DNA from: a virus | Taxonomy: Duplodnaviria > Caudoviricetes | IMG/VR virus record: IMGVR_UViG_3300013006_000001 | Location: 1 to 58,895 of that record | Length of the DNA stretch: 58,895 nucleotides | Reading direction: 5' to 3' (one strand) | In this document: positions 46,546 to 55,754 of the stretch, piece after piece | Numbering within the stretch: the stretch's first letter is position 1 | Layout: every line of letters starts with the position of its first letter | The notes under the pieces: model-generated | Database searches by the model: none | Told to the model about the DNA's origin: nothing | What the model saw: the letters and a program-made list of their open reading frames with translations, nothing else | Program-made: the position numbers and the translations under genes

Positions 46546-47466
46546 TCACTCGTCTTGTTGCAATGCACCAGCACCAGCGGTCACCGGAGCGGCGATTCCG
46601 TACTTGCGGAGGATGCGGATTTGATCCTCTGTCCCGGGGAACATGACGTAGTTCCTTGACCCATAGCCACCAAACTGCCGTTGGTGCGGCGCGAGGAAGC
46701 GGGACATGCCGTCCCAGTACCGGACGCCCGGAACTCCGTTGTCAAAAAGAGCTTTTGAAACCTGTTGCTTTACCTTGTCCTTGTAGCCGACGTTGAACGC
46801 CGCATCGTCCGGTAGCCTGCGGAGGATGTCAGGAGTTCTCCCCATTGACTCATACAATCCTCGTCCAGTCCACTTGTCTGGAGATTCCATTACTGGAAAT
46901 CCAAATTTCTCGGCTACTCTACGAACGCTCTCGGGCTGACTGTTGAAGTCTGCGTCCCAGTCCAGAAGCGAGTCCTCTGGGTGGGCTATCTCAAGCTCGT
47001 ATCCAGTGCCAAGTTTCTTTATCGCCTCTTCTGTATCAAAGTTCGGGTCGTAATCGGCGTTCTTGGCCCGCTTTCCAATGGTGTGTTCTATAGCCTGTGC
47101 CGGATAATCAAACCCCATCCAGTCGTCATCATTCAGTGCAGTCAGGTAGTTTTTCTGTCTTGGATCAAAGCCTTGAAGGTTGTGAACAACATCCATCACA
47201 TCCTCTGGAAGAGCATCGTCCGGTAACACTCTCAGAAAGTCTTCTCGCAACTTTCTGTAGGACAGGTTGCGGCGGTAGTCAGCAGCGGTCTTCTCTTTTC
47301 CGGCGCTGTAGTGACCGTATGCGTAAGCCTGATTCTTTTCACCTGTCCCAATAAACTTGGGGTCGAGCTTATCGTAGTGGTACGGCAAAGGGCTGCCATG
47401 GAATGAGTTGATTGGTTTTCCAACCAGCCTCCTGATGCCATCGACCAGTTCTTCGTTTGTTGCCAT
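46546..47466 (-). CDS. Stand-alone polyvalent-protein domain (ART-PolyVal-like)
   Basis: FHGSP...KFIGTGEKNQAYAYGHY...GVPGVRYWDG...SRNYVMF. Confidence 0.65.
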   Translation of the reverse strand: MATNEELVDGIRRLVGKPINSFHGSPLPYHYDKLDPKFIGTGEKNQAYAYGHYSAGKEKTAADYRRNLSYRKLREDFLRVLPDDALPEDVMDVVHNLQGFDPRQKNYLTALNDDDWMGFDYPAQAIEHTIGKRAKNADYDPNFDTEEAIKKLGTGYELEIAHPEDSLLDWDADFNSQPESVRRVAEKFGFPVMESPDKWTGRGLYESMGRTPDILRRLPDDAAFNVGYKDKVKQQVSKALFDNGVPGVRYWDGMSRFLAPHQRQFGGYGSRNYVMFPGTEDQIRILRKYGIAAPVTAGAGALQQDE

Positions 47467-48089
47467 CACTTAGCCTGCGGTAAGAGTTCCCTAAGCGCCC
47501 TGAGAACTGCTTCGTTCTCTTCCTGTCCGGGGCGAACGTATGGCTTGTTCTGCCACAGCACAAGGTCGGGGCGAGTGCTCTGCCATCCGCCTGTGTCTGG
47601 GAGAATCTCGTCAAACAAACGCTCTGGCGTCAGATGCCTTGCGCGTACTTCACCGTAGGGATGAATTCCTACCGGATACAGTGCGCTTGGGTTTCTTCTG
47701 GCAAGCTCAAGCATTCTTCCTCTGCCCTCATGCCCCTCCACAGCCCATGCACCGGGCTTTTGCCGGACATACAGAATCGGATTGCCAATAGGCTCTCCAG
47801 CATCAATTGCCCGCCGCAGGTATTCGTCAGATTCTGGCCTGTCTCCAACATTTCTTCGGGGATTGACTCGCCTGAACTGAGATGGCTGCATGTATGCCTG
47901 AAAGCCACGGTAGTCAATGTTTGCCGAGTCGCCCGTTCCGCCCATGGTCAGACTTCTAGGGTCGAATGCAATTCCTGCGTGTCGCCTAGGAGTCGCCGCG
48001 CTGACAGAACCGATTCGTGCAATGAGTTCGTCAAGTGAGCTTCCGCCGACTGCGCCGATTGCGCGAACCATCTCTTCGTTTGTTGCCAT
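47466..48089 (-). CDS. ParB/Srx-like domain protein
   Basis: MQPSQF...AIDAGEPIGNPILYV...VEGHEGRGRM. Confidence 0.6.
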   Translation of the reverse strand: MATNEEMVRAIGAVGGSSLDELIARIGSVSAATPRRHAGIAFDPRSLTMGGTGDSANIDYRGFQAYMQPSQFRRVNPRRNVGDRPESDEYLRRAIDAGEPIGNPILYVRQKPGAWAVEGHEGRGRMLELARRNPSALYPVGIHPYGEVRARHLTPERLFDEILPDTGGWQSTRPDLVLWQNKPYVRPGQEENEAVLRALRELLPQAK

Positions 48090-48092
48090 TGA

Positions 48093-48761
48093 TCAGATTC
48101 CAAACGGCTTGATGTTGACGGTCGGGTATAGATACTTGTCCTTGGCGTCGATGTGCATGAACAAGATGTCGCACTGGATGGCGATGCACTCCAAGTAGTG
48201 GACCTCGCCAATCAGGACCGGCACGAAATTCATGTGCAGCATGTAGTCGAGGTAGTTGCCCATGTTGGGGGCACCGGCGTTGTAGGGCATCAGCGGGCAT
48301 TCGGTGTAGATAAGCTCAACAGTCTTGAGCGCCTCAACGGCCCCGTCGAGGATGTCAAGCTCTGCACCCTGACAGTCCAGCTTGATGAAGGTCGGAGGCG
48401 TCAGTCCCTCGCTCTCCACGACGAAGTCCAGCGTCCGGCACGACATCACCTTGGGGGCCACACCGTCATACCAGCGTGTGTTTTCTTTGAGATAGGAATC
48501 CCCTGTCAATGCCCTGCTGTAGAACTTGACCTCATCCACCCCCGGCGCACTCAGGCACACGATGGAGTGGCCAGTGTTGACGCCGTGCAACTCCTTGGCG
48601 TGCTCCTCGTTGGCCTCAAACATGTGGAACTTGCTGTCGGGCAGCACCTCCTTCATTTCCTGCGTCCAGTCTCCGCAGTAGGCTCCGATGTCATAGACCG
48701 ACGGGATTTCCATCCCGTTGTTGGTGAGGCCCTTGATGAACTGCTTCAGGGGGAGTGTCAT
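48093..48761 (-). CDS. FkbM-family SAM methyltransferase
   Basis: YDIGAYCG, FEAN, TLDF, FIKLDCQGAELDILDGA, QCDILF. Confidence 0.9.
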   Translation of the reverse strand: MTLPLKQFIKGLTNNGMEIPSVYDIGAYCGDWTQEMKEVLPDSKFHMFEANEEHAKELHGVNTGHSIVCLSAPGVDEVKFYSRALTGDSYLKENTRWYDGVAPKVMSCRTLDFVVESEGLTPPTFIKLDCQGAELDILDGAVEALKTVELIYTECPLMPYNAGAPNMGNYLDYMLHMNFVPVLIGEVHYLECIAIQCDILFMHIDAKDKYLYPTVNIKPFGI

Positions 48762-48765
48762 TTTT

Positions 48766-49554
48766 CTATTCCTCTTCTGGCTTTCCTGCTGCGTATACAA
48801 ATCCATGGATGCCTAGTTCAGGGAGGAACTCCTTGGCTGCGGCTGCTCCCTTGGCTCCCGGGCGGAAGACACCAGTGTATCCGGGAAATGGGTCAAGGAT
48901 GGCCCCTGACGCCACAGCGAACGGATGCCGCAGATAAGTGGGCATGCCGACCTTGCGTGCGTATTCCAGCCCGCCCATCGGTGAGCCATCGCCCTCATAG
49001 AACGAATCCGCCGTGCCCTCTCGCTTGCCAAGGACGGCTGAAACTGGCGCCGCCACCGTGGCAAGATGTCGCTGCAGGGATTCGTGCGAATCTGGGTAGG
49101 AGCCGGGGTCAATGGCGTCCGCTGCTGCGAGCGCACCGGTGTACGCCGTGCCGGGGAGGGCGTCAAAGTAGGTCAGGACGTTGCCGATTGGCATGCCCTT
49201 CTTGGCGTAAACATCAAACGGCTGGCGGTTGTATGGCGACCGGAGGTCCCGTCCCATGCTGGGGTCTTCTGCGTATGCCCGGACAGCACTGCCCAACCCC
49301 CTTGGCAGTAGGTCATAGTCGGCGTTGTTGCCGCTCCACTGCGTCTTGTTTCCATACGCCTTCTGAAGGCGGTTCAGCATCCAGTCGGCACGGTGCTGGT
49401 CAATGAGTTCTTGTCTGGTCTTGGGGGTAGACGTAAAAACGCCGGGGTGTTCCATGACAAGCTGAAGCGTGCTTCGCTCGGGAGGCATCTGTCGCTGTTG
49501 CTCTGCCAGCAGTTCGCGGATGTATCCTGCTGGATCATCAAGCGGTTCAGCCAT
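48766..49554 (-). CDS. Hypothetical (putative internal head) protein
   Basis: ORF in late operon; N-terminal GYIRELL motif. Confidence 0.65.
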   Translation of the reverse strand: MAEPLDDPAGYIRELLAEQQRQMPPERSTLQLVMEHPGVFTSTPKTRQELIDQHRADWMLNRLQKAYGNKTQWSGNNADYDLLPRGLGSAVRAYAEDPSMGRDLRSPYNRQPFDVYAKKGMPIGNVLTYFDALPGTAYTGALAAADAIDPGSYPDSHESLQRHLATVAAPVSAVLGKREGTADSFYEGDGSPMGGLEYARKVGMPTYLRHPFAVASGAILDPFPGYTGVFRPGAKGAAAAKEFLPELGIHGFVYAAGKPEEE

Positions 49555-50401
49555 AGGACGCCAGCCTTTCAATAAGCGGCTTGTTGTTGACAACCTTCGG
49601 CATCCGCTTCAGTATTTTCTTCTGCATCTGCCCCGGTAATCCAAGGTACAGCTTGACCGATGGCATCAAACTCCCTTGAGTGCCGTCTGCCCGCAGCCGC
49701 TCGTCTGGGTTGTCCGGGGAATTGGGGTCAATGTTCTTGTGGTTTTCCACATACCACATCAGCGCGTCTCTTGCCTGTTCAGGAGTCTCCACCAGAACAC
49801 CCTTGTGGTGGGCGTACATTCTCTTGATGACTGCCAGACGCACATCCACTTCGCTTGGGGACAACGCATAGTTCTCGTACCTGTCATTGGCGTACACGCC
49901 GTCAGGAGATGGAAGAAGCGGGGTGTCCTTTCCCGGCCTGCCTGTGGTTACGTGATGGCTTAGTTCGTGCTCCAATGTTTCTTGAGCACCTGCGTGCGGG
50001 TGCTCGCGGTAGTGGTCGGATATCTCAATGAATGGAGCCCTTCGCTCTGTGGCTCCATCTGTTAGCGGGTCATTGCCTTCAAAATTGAGATTGTCAGTCC
50101 CAATCCCCTGCCACGCATACGAACCATTGACGTTCTTGTCGTTCAAGTGCTCCGCGTACTTGATCCTGATTGGCTCGTCCAGTCTGGCAGGGTCCCACTC
50201 CTTAAACTCCGGGTCCGGGTCTGCCTTCATTGCAGCCTGAGCTTTATCGACTGCGTTCTGCAGACCGCCGACCTTCGTGTACCAACGTTTGATTTGGCTG
50301 CCCGGAGTCAGCACGTTCCCGGCTTGAGAACCATCAACGTCCCAAGTTCCGCCCTTGGGCGACTGAAGGAACCGGCGGATTGGTTCGCCCTCTGGGTCCA
50401 T
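49547..50401 (-). CDS. Zincin-like metallopeptidase-domain protein
   Basis: TLEHELSHH (HExxH) and YALSPSEVDVR third-ligand motif. Confidence 0.65.
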   Translation of the reverse strand: MDPEGEPIRRFLQSPKGGTWDVDGSQAGNVLTPGSQIKRWYTKVGGLQNAVDKAQAAMKADPDPEFKEWDPARLDEPIRIKYAEHLNDKNVNGSYAWQGIGTDNLNFEGNDPLTDGATERRAPFIEISDHYREHPHAGAQETLEHELSHHVTTGRPGKDTPLLPSPDGVYANDRYENYALSPSEVDVRLAVIKRMYAHHKGVLVETPEQARDALMWYVENHKNIDPNSPDNPDERLRADGTQGSLMPSVKLYLGLPGQMQKKILKRMPKVVNNKPLIERLASYG

Positions 50402-50817
50402 CAGTTGTACTCCCAAGTGTGGGTCTTAGGATTGAACGTCCGGCTGTAGCTGCCATCCGGCCCAACCTTTGGCTCGGCCCTCTTGGCGGCTTCTTTCTCG
50501 GCGTTCATCGCCGCCAGCCTGCGCATGAGCCCATCCTGCTTGAGCCGTTCCATTGCAATCTCATGCTGGTATGCGCGTTCGTCTTCAGCTTGTGATACGC
50601 GGCGCTTGTTCTCCTCTGCAAACGCCCTCTGGGTCATGTCAACCATGCCGCGAAGGTGCTCGCCCTGTTCTGCTGGGGTTGGCAGATGAGGGAGTGGCGA
50701 TTCGTACCCATCGTCATCTGGGTTGACGTAGCGTTTGGCGCGAGCCTTTGCCCTGTCCTCTGCCGTCATTCGCGGCCCGCCGGGGATCATCGCCTGTGGG
50801 TCTTGTGGGTCCGCCAT
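50401..50817 (-). CDS. Hypothetical coiled-coil protein
   Basis: AAGGAG SD; TGATG coupling. Confidence 0.7.
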   Translation of the reverse strand: MADPQDPQAMIPGGPRMTAEDRAKARAKRYVNPDDDGYESPLPHLPTPAEQGEHLRGMVDMTQRAFAEENKRRVSQAEDERAYQHEIAMERLKQDGLMRRLAAMNAEKEAAKRAEPKVGPDGSYSRTFNPKTHTWEYN

Positions 50818-50818
50818 G

Positions 50819-51067
50819 TCATTCTCCTTGATATTCTCTAGGGACGTACCTCGGGACGCGAGGGCTAACTTTCTTGTTGTAGTCCTCAAGACGCTTCATC
50901 AGCGCGTCCTTGGCGTCTCGCATCGGAAACTCGTCGGGCAGTGGCATTGGACGGCGCCTTCGCAGCACATCTTGACCCGGCTCTAACTGCGTATGTTCAA
51001 TCTCATGCTCCAGTGAACGCGGCTGTGCCTGCATTCTGGATTTCGTGTGCCTCGGGACGTTGGCCAT
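50819..51067 (-). CDS. Small basic protein
   Basis: AAGGAG SD; in operon. Confidence 0.65.
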   Translation of the reverse strand: MANVPRHTKSRMQAQPRSLEHEIEHTQLEPGQDVLRRRRPMPLPDEFPMRDAKDALMKRLEDYNKKVSPRVPRYVPREYQGE

Positions 51068-51068
51068 C

Positions 51069-51449
51069 TCATTCTCCTTGTGTGCGTGCCAGTACAGATT
51101 GAATGCTCTTCCTAGACCGATAGATGGACAGTTTGATCAGGGCAGTTGCCATAGTGGCAGAGAACGGCAGGCCCCTGATCTCGGCCTCATGCTGCAACCA
51201 GCCTGTGATTTCTTGGAGGTGTGCCTCACATTGGTCTGGGCCCCACTCATCCATGACGGCGGCATGTCGGTAGCACTTGCAGCCGGGGACAGGGCGGAAC
51301 CCCATCCACGCCAGTGCCTTCTTCAGATAGGTCCCGGCACCAGTGAAGGACTGGCAGGTAGCAAGGCAGATGCTGGACTGGGTGCGAATCTCCCGTGGGC
51401 ACCTTTTGCACCGGAGAACTTCCCCATCTCTCTCAAAGGAACACTGCAT
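51069..51449 (-). CDS. Cys-rich hypothetical protein
   Basis: C..CKRC..C..C...GCKC...MDEWGPDQC. Confidence 0.7.
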   Translation of the reverse strand: MQCSFERDGEVLRCKRCPREIRTQSSICLATCQSFTGAGTYLKKALAWMGFRPVPGCKCYRHAAVMDEWGPDQCEAHLQEITGWLQHEAEIRGLPFSATMATALIKLSIYRSRKSIQSVLARTQGE

Positions 51450-51452
51450 AAA

Positions 51453-52109
51453 TCACAGAGTCACTTCCAAGTAGCTGTCATCGTAGTACGAGAGACTCCC
51501 CGCAGAGCCGCCAACAAGCTCACCGCCCGTAATCGTGCCGCCAGTGACGTAATTCACCTGAAAGTTCCCGATGGCATAATCCTCTCCCGTGTTCAACTGG
51601 TAGGCCGTGGACGAGTTGTCGCACAGCCTGCGGATGTTGAGTTGAACGCCGGACGGGCTGAGGACATACGGGGTGTTCAGGCTTACTGACGGGTTCTGGA
51701 AGTTGAAGTAGACGATGTAGACGTTCTGACCAGAGACGGTGCCGATGTTCTTGTACCACCTGTAGTGAATGGTCCCGCCAGACGTGTAGCTCAAGTCAGC
51801 GCCGTTGGACATCGCGGCGCGGCAGTAGGCCACGGCGGTTCCGGTGCAGTCCAGAACAAGTCTTCCAGCAACCACGTTGCTAGCCCCGTCCCCAAACGCC
51901 TGAGTCCCCTCATACGTCAGGCAGACTGATCTGGGCATTCCGCCAATCGTCAGGCCAAGAGCCGTAACGGCCAGAGCACTCACTGCCGAATCGCCGGAAT
52001 CAAGCGTGCCGGGGGTCAAGGCCATCGACAGTGAAGATGGGTAGCTTTTGCCGACACAGGGCGCGTAGTCGGTGCAACACTGGTCGCCACCACAGCAGGC
52101 ACATGCCAT
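51453..52109 (-). CDS. Putative structural protein with Cys-cluster N-terminus
   Basis: MACACCGGDQCC; first gene of late arm. Confidence 0.7.
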   Translation of the reverse strand: MACACCGGDQCCTDYAPCVGKSYPSSLSMALTPGTLDSGDSAVSALAVTALGLTIGGMPRSVCLTYEGTQAFGDGASNVVAGRLVLDCTGTAVAYCRAAMSNGADLSYTSGGTIHYRWYKNIGTVSGQNVYIVYFNFQNPSVSLNTPYVLSPSGVQLNIRRLCDNSSTAYQLNTGEDYAIGNFQVNYVTGGTITGGELVGGSAGSLSYYDDSYLEVTL

Positions 52110-52116
52110 AAAAAGT

Positions 52117-52136
52117 CTCCTTACAGGCTAGTGTCC
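52117..52136 (-). promoter_or_regulatory. Putative late promoter fused to RBS
   Basis: GGACACT-AGCCT-GTAAGGAG-7 nt-ATG. Confidence 0.6.
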
Positions 52137-52511
52137 AGAGCCACCAGAATGCGATTTAACGGGCGTTTGGCTGGGGTGGTGTGAAGCGACATGTTCACCG
52201 CCAAGCGGGCCGTAGGGGGCGAATGCGACATATGGGGGCCAGTAGGGGTGAAAAGTCCCGGAGAGGGATTGACAATGTATGAGAGATTTTATGGGGGGGG
52301 TAGCCCTTGCTCAACCGCCACAAACCCCCCATTGTGACGGCTTTGCCAGTGATTCGACGTTCTAAGGGACCGATTCTACGCTGGTGGCACGCCTGCGGTT
52401 AGCCTTTCCGGGTTGCAAGCGGGCCGGATTCCAGCAGTTCGGCCCATGAAAGGGCCCGGGCGAACGGCTTGAACCGCTCGCCCGGGCTGGGAACCGTGCA
52501 TCAACCCCCCT

Positions 52512-53741
52512 CTACTTCGTCCAGTGCCAGAGATGCGTGGTGGTGTGGACGACCTCGGCCGGGTTCCACTGTCGGGGGGCGACGGCTCCGGCGACGCCTG
52601 CGACCGGGTGCGTGTCGGTGTCTCTGGCCATCGTGCCTACCCTGCTGCGTCCCTGGAGAAACCGTGCCAGTGGTGCGGGTCGGCTGTCACGGACCACGCA
52701 AGCCGGAAACGTGGTCGGTCTGCCGCGCCCTTCGACCATTACCCTCATCATGTGGTGCTGGCCGTTGTCGTCCGTGTACTGGCACTGCTCCATGTGGTAA
52801 TTGGGATACTGGCCAGCGCCCCCGGCAATGGAGACTGCGTCGGCAGGGACCGTGGGCAACCCCTCGGCCATTCCTCCTACCAGAGCCTCGGCAACCGTCT
52901 GGGGGTCGAGCGCGACGGTCTTCGGCCATGGGCGACCGGGGCCGTAATGCGTCCCCCGGATTGAACCCATGTCGGCCATCATCGCAACGGTTGCCGGGTT
53001 GATTCCCCCGGCCCAGTAAGACGATTTACCGGGCATAGGCTTCCGGTTGGCATTCCTGCCGTCGCCAGTGCCAGACAGCTCGGAGAACCGCCACCCGCAA
53101 CCCTTACACCGGCCCCGAAGACGCATTGCGGCGTCTGTCCATGTGAGAATGCCTGCTGCGGCATTCTCGGCCTGCGACCGGTCAAACAGGAGTTCGGTAG
53201 CATGGTCAACGCAGTCTTCAAGCATGATCCGCGCCTCGGCTGGGGTCCATTTCCCCCGGCCTGCTCCGGTATCCCAGATGAATGCCATTTTCAATCGTTC
53301 GCGAATGGCGACGGCCTGCGCTTCGGTCAGCGTGGTTGGGTTCCATCCTTCCCCGGTCGGCTGCTCCTGCTGTCCTGCTGCGGCCGATTCGCGGAAAGCT
53401 TTTGCGGCGTCCCTGAGTTCGGCCAGAGCCGCGCGGGCGTCGGCCATTCGACGTTCGGCGCGTTGCTTGGCAGCGGTATGCCGGAGTCGGTCGGCTCTGG
53501 CCGATTCGATGCGGTCGTTGGCCAGTTCGCTTTTGGCCATGGCCGATTCGTGTTGACGCAAGAGCCGCGCCCGTTTTTTCGGCTGCGTCGGCAAACAGTC
53601 TGCCGCAGCGATTTCGGACTTCCAAGCGGTCGCGACATTACGTGCGACGGCCGACATTGCGGCCTGCTCCCTTTCGGCTGCTTTGGCTGCTGCTGCTGCG
53701 TGGTGGTCGATGGATACTTGGATGGCGGCAAAACTGAGCAT
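52512..53741 (-). CDS. Hypothetical protein with Ala-rich coiled-coil N-terminus
   Basis: 409-aa ORF with own sigma70-type promoter and GAGGG SD. Confidence 0.7.
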   Translation of the reverse strand: MLSFAAIQVSIDHHAAAAAKAAEREQAAMSAVARNVATAWKSEIAAADCLPTQPKKRARLLRQHESAMAKSELANDRIESARADRLRHTAAKQRAERRMADARAALAELRDAAKAFRESAAAGQQEQPTGEGWNPTTLTEAQAVAIRERLKMAFIWDTGAGRGKWTPAEARIMLEDCVDHATELLFDRSQAENAAAGILTWTDAAMRLRGRCKGCGWRFSELSGTGDGRNANRKPMPGKSSYWAGGINPATVAMMADMGSIRGTHYGPGRPWPKTVALDPQTVAEALVGGMAEGLPTVPADAVSIAGGAGQYPNYHMEQCQYTDDNGQHHMMRVMVEGRGRPTTFPACVVRDSRPAPLARFLQGRSRVGTMARDTDTHPVAGVAGAVAPRQWNPAEVVHTTTHLWHWTK

Positions 53742-53794
53742 GGTAGATACCCTCGGGTGTGATCCGTTCGCGGAAGTCGCGACCGGCTTTCCAG

Positions 53795-53824
53795 AGTGTA
53801 CCAAAGCGTAGTTTGCCTTGTCAA
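53795..53824 (-). promoter_or_regulatory. sigma70-type promoter
   Basis: TTGACA, 18 nt, TACACT. Confidence 0.65.
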
Positions 53825-54357
53825 GCGGGGGCTAAAAGATTTTTCCCCGTAGTTTCCACTATGGTAGGAACTATACACTTTACCGGGGGAATTCGTAGAT
53901 TTTTCGGCTATATAGTAGGAACGCGCGCGAGGGAAAATCTTTTCCCCGGGGAAGGTTAACCTGTATAGTTCCCCCCATAGTGGCACAATTCGACCGCGTC
54001 CGGACAATCGTCCAAACGCGGTTCGGATTCGGTTCGGTTCGTCAACCCCCCCCGGGGGACGATGGCCGATTGTACACTACCCTTTCGGGTGGTGTACGCC
54101 AGTTCACTTCCCCTCTTCTGGGGGACAACTGGCATTCCGTACACTCCCCCATCGGGAGGGTCCCTACCTTCGGGTGGTGTACCCCCCCGGCTGGGGGATA
54201 TGGGGTGATCCTTGTGGGTCATCCGAAGCAGACGGGCAGCGCAGGCTGCTGGTGGCAGGGGAACAGCCGATAGGCCCTTCGACGCTTGGCTGTTTCTGAC
54301 AGGTGAGGTATGCCACCAGAGCCTGTGTCTCCCGAACCGTGCGATTAGGAGAAGCCA

Positions 54358-54648
54358 ATGGCGATGAATTTCGCGGTGGCTGCTCCATTCCGCAAGTTCA
54401 AGGACTTCGGTGAGTTCCAGTTGTCCGCAAATCTTGGCGAGATTGCCATCAAGCGGGCAGGTGGGTATTGCGAAGTTGTTTGGAGTGAGGAGACGGCTGG
54501 CAAAGGCCGTGAGTGCATCAAGAGAGTTTGGTGCCTCATCCTCGACCTTGTGGCGATGGAGCAGGACCCGGAGGAGTTTCGGTATGTGTGGGATGGCAGA
54601 GACATTGTTGCCATATCCCTGTACGGAAACCTTGAGTTTAGGTTGTGA
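54358..54648 (+). CDS. Hypothetical early protein
   Basis: AGGAG SD; first + strand gene. Confidence 0.65.
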   Translation: MAMNFAVAAPFRKFKDFGEFQLSANLGEIAIKRAGGYCEVVWSEETAGKGRECIKRVWCLILDLVAMEQDPEEFRYVWDGRDIVAISLYGNLEFRL

Positions 54649-54731
54649 GTGAGATTGTGTGAAGCCACCCAGTAGGCGAGAGTCTTCTGGGTGAGTTCGT
54701 GTGATCTTTTCCTTGAGATAAGGAGAATTCG

Positions 54732-54923
54732 ATGGGGACCAACCCCGCAGAAATGGCTCCCGTGGAGATGTCATCCATGGGGGCAGTGTGTGTGTGCATT
54801 GCATTCACTGTTGTGTGCATCACAATCGCCCTGCCTTTGCTGGCAATGGGCGGGCAGCAGGTCATAACCCTCCTTGAGAGGTATGACGAGTGGCAGTTCA
54901 CGAAGCGACACAACAATCCTTGA
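54732..54923 (+). CDS. Small membrane protein
   Basis: AAGGAG SD; hydrophobic Cys-containing helix. Confidence 0.55.
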   Translation: MGTNPAEMAPVEMSSMGAVCVCIAFTVVCITIALPLLAMGGQQVITLLERYDEWQFTKRHNNP

Positions 54924-54942
54924 GAGAAAGGAGAACGCTGAG

Positions 54943-55299
54943 GTGAGAGAGAAACTTGAGTTGGGCCCGGTTCCCTATGAGGAACCATGCCAGCAGCTAG
55001 GCCCCAACTACGATGCGGTGGCTGCGAAGCATGAGTGCAACCGCTACTGCAATCAGTTGGTCCGGCAGTTTGGCAAGCCGCCAGCGGGTGTGAGTGTCAG
55101 TGTCAGGGGATTCGCGCACGATTTCGGGACCTATTACGAGGCTTGCGTGCTGTTTGACCCTGACAGTGAGGAGCAGACTGAGTACGCCTACAAGCTGGAG
55201 TCAGACGGTCCCGCAAACTGGGATGAAACGGCACTGGCTGAGATCAAAGCAATCGACTCAAGGAGTGAGGTGTACGGCAAGGATGCCGAGCGGTTGTGA
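54943..55299 (+). CDS. Hypothetical protein
   Basis: GTG start with AAGGAG SD; LGPVP.EEPCQQLG...HDFGTYYE. Confidence 0.7.
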   Translation: MREKLELGPVPYEEPCQQLGPNYDAVAAKHECNRYCNQLVRQFGKPPAGVSVSVRGFAHDFGTYYEACVLFDPDSEEQTEYAYKLESDGPANWDETALAEIKAIDSRSEVYGKDAERL

Positions 55300-55364
55300 G
55301 AAACCGCCCACATGCTTCGGTGTGTGGGCGGATTCGTGCAACTTCTTAACCCTAGGAGGACGAT

Positions 55365-55754
55365 ATGAAAGCAGACATTGCCCAGAAGTGGGCTGCTGCT
55401 CTGTTGAGCGGCGAATACAAGCAGGGCCGCAGCGGCCTGAAGACTTTCGACGTTGCTGCAGATCACACCGTGACAACTCGCCACTGCTGCCTTGGAGTCC
55501 TCTGCGATATCTTCGCAAAGGAGACAGGCTGCGGCGGGTGGAACGCAGGCACGTTCGTGATCAGTTCAACTGAGAAGGACAGCGGCATCCCGCCAGAGGA
55601 AGTCCAGAGATGGGCTGGCATGAGGTTTCGGAACCCAAATGTACCGCTCTTGACCTTGACCGGAACTCAGACGCTGGCTGGTCTGAATGACTCAGGCAAT
55701 TACAGTTTCGAGGAGTTGGCAGAAATCATCCTTACCCAGCAGGAGAAGTTATGA
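55365..55754 (+). CDS. Conserved phage hypothetical protein, paralogue 1
   Basis: W..AL.SGEYKQG...CCLGVLCDI...LND...FEELA. Confidence 0.8.
   Translation: MKADIAQKWAAALLSGEYKQGRSGLKTFDVAADHTVTTRHCCLGVLCDIFAKETGCGGWNAGTFVISSTEKDSGIPPEEVQRWAGMRFRNPNVPLLTLTGTQTLAGLNDSGNYSFEELAEIILTQQEKL

Noticed and set aside
36325-49406. Long + strand ORFs (e.g. 36325..37506, 41334..42254, 44413..45438, 48153..49406)
   Set aside because: Antisense shadows of well-supported - strand genes in GC-rich DNA; no motifs.
52269-52274. TTGACA on + strand
   Set aside because: No credible -10 hexamer and no downstream + strand gene.
53956-54804. 282-aa - strand ORF over the control region
   Set aside because: No SD or motifs, and it overlaps SD-supported + strand genes.
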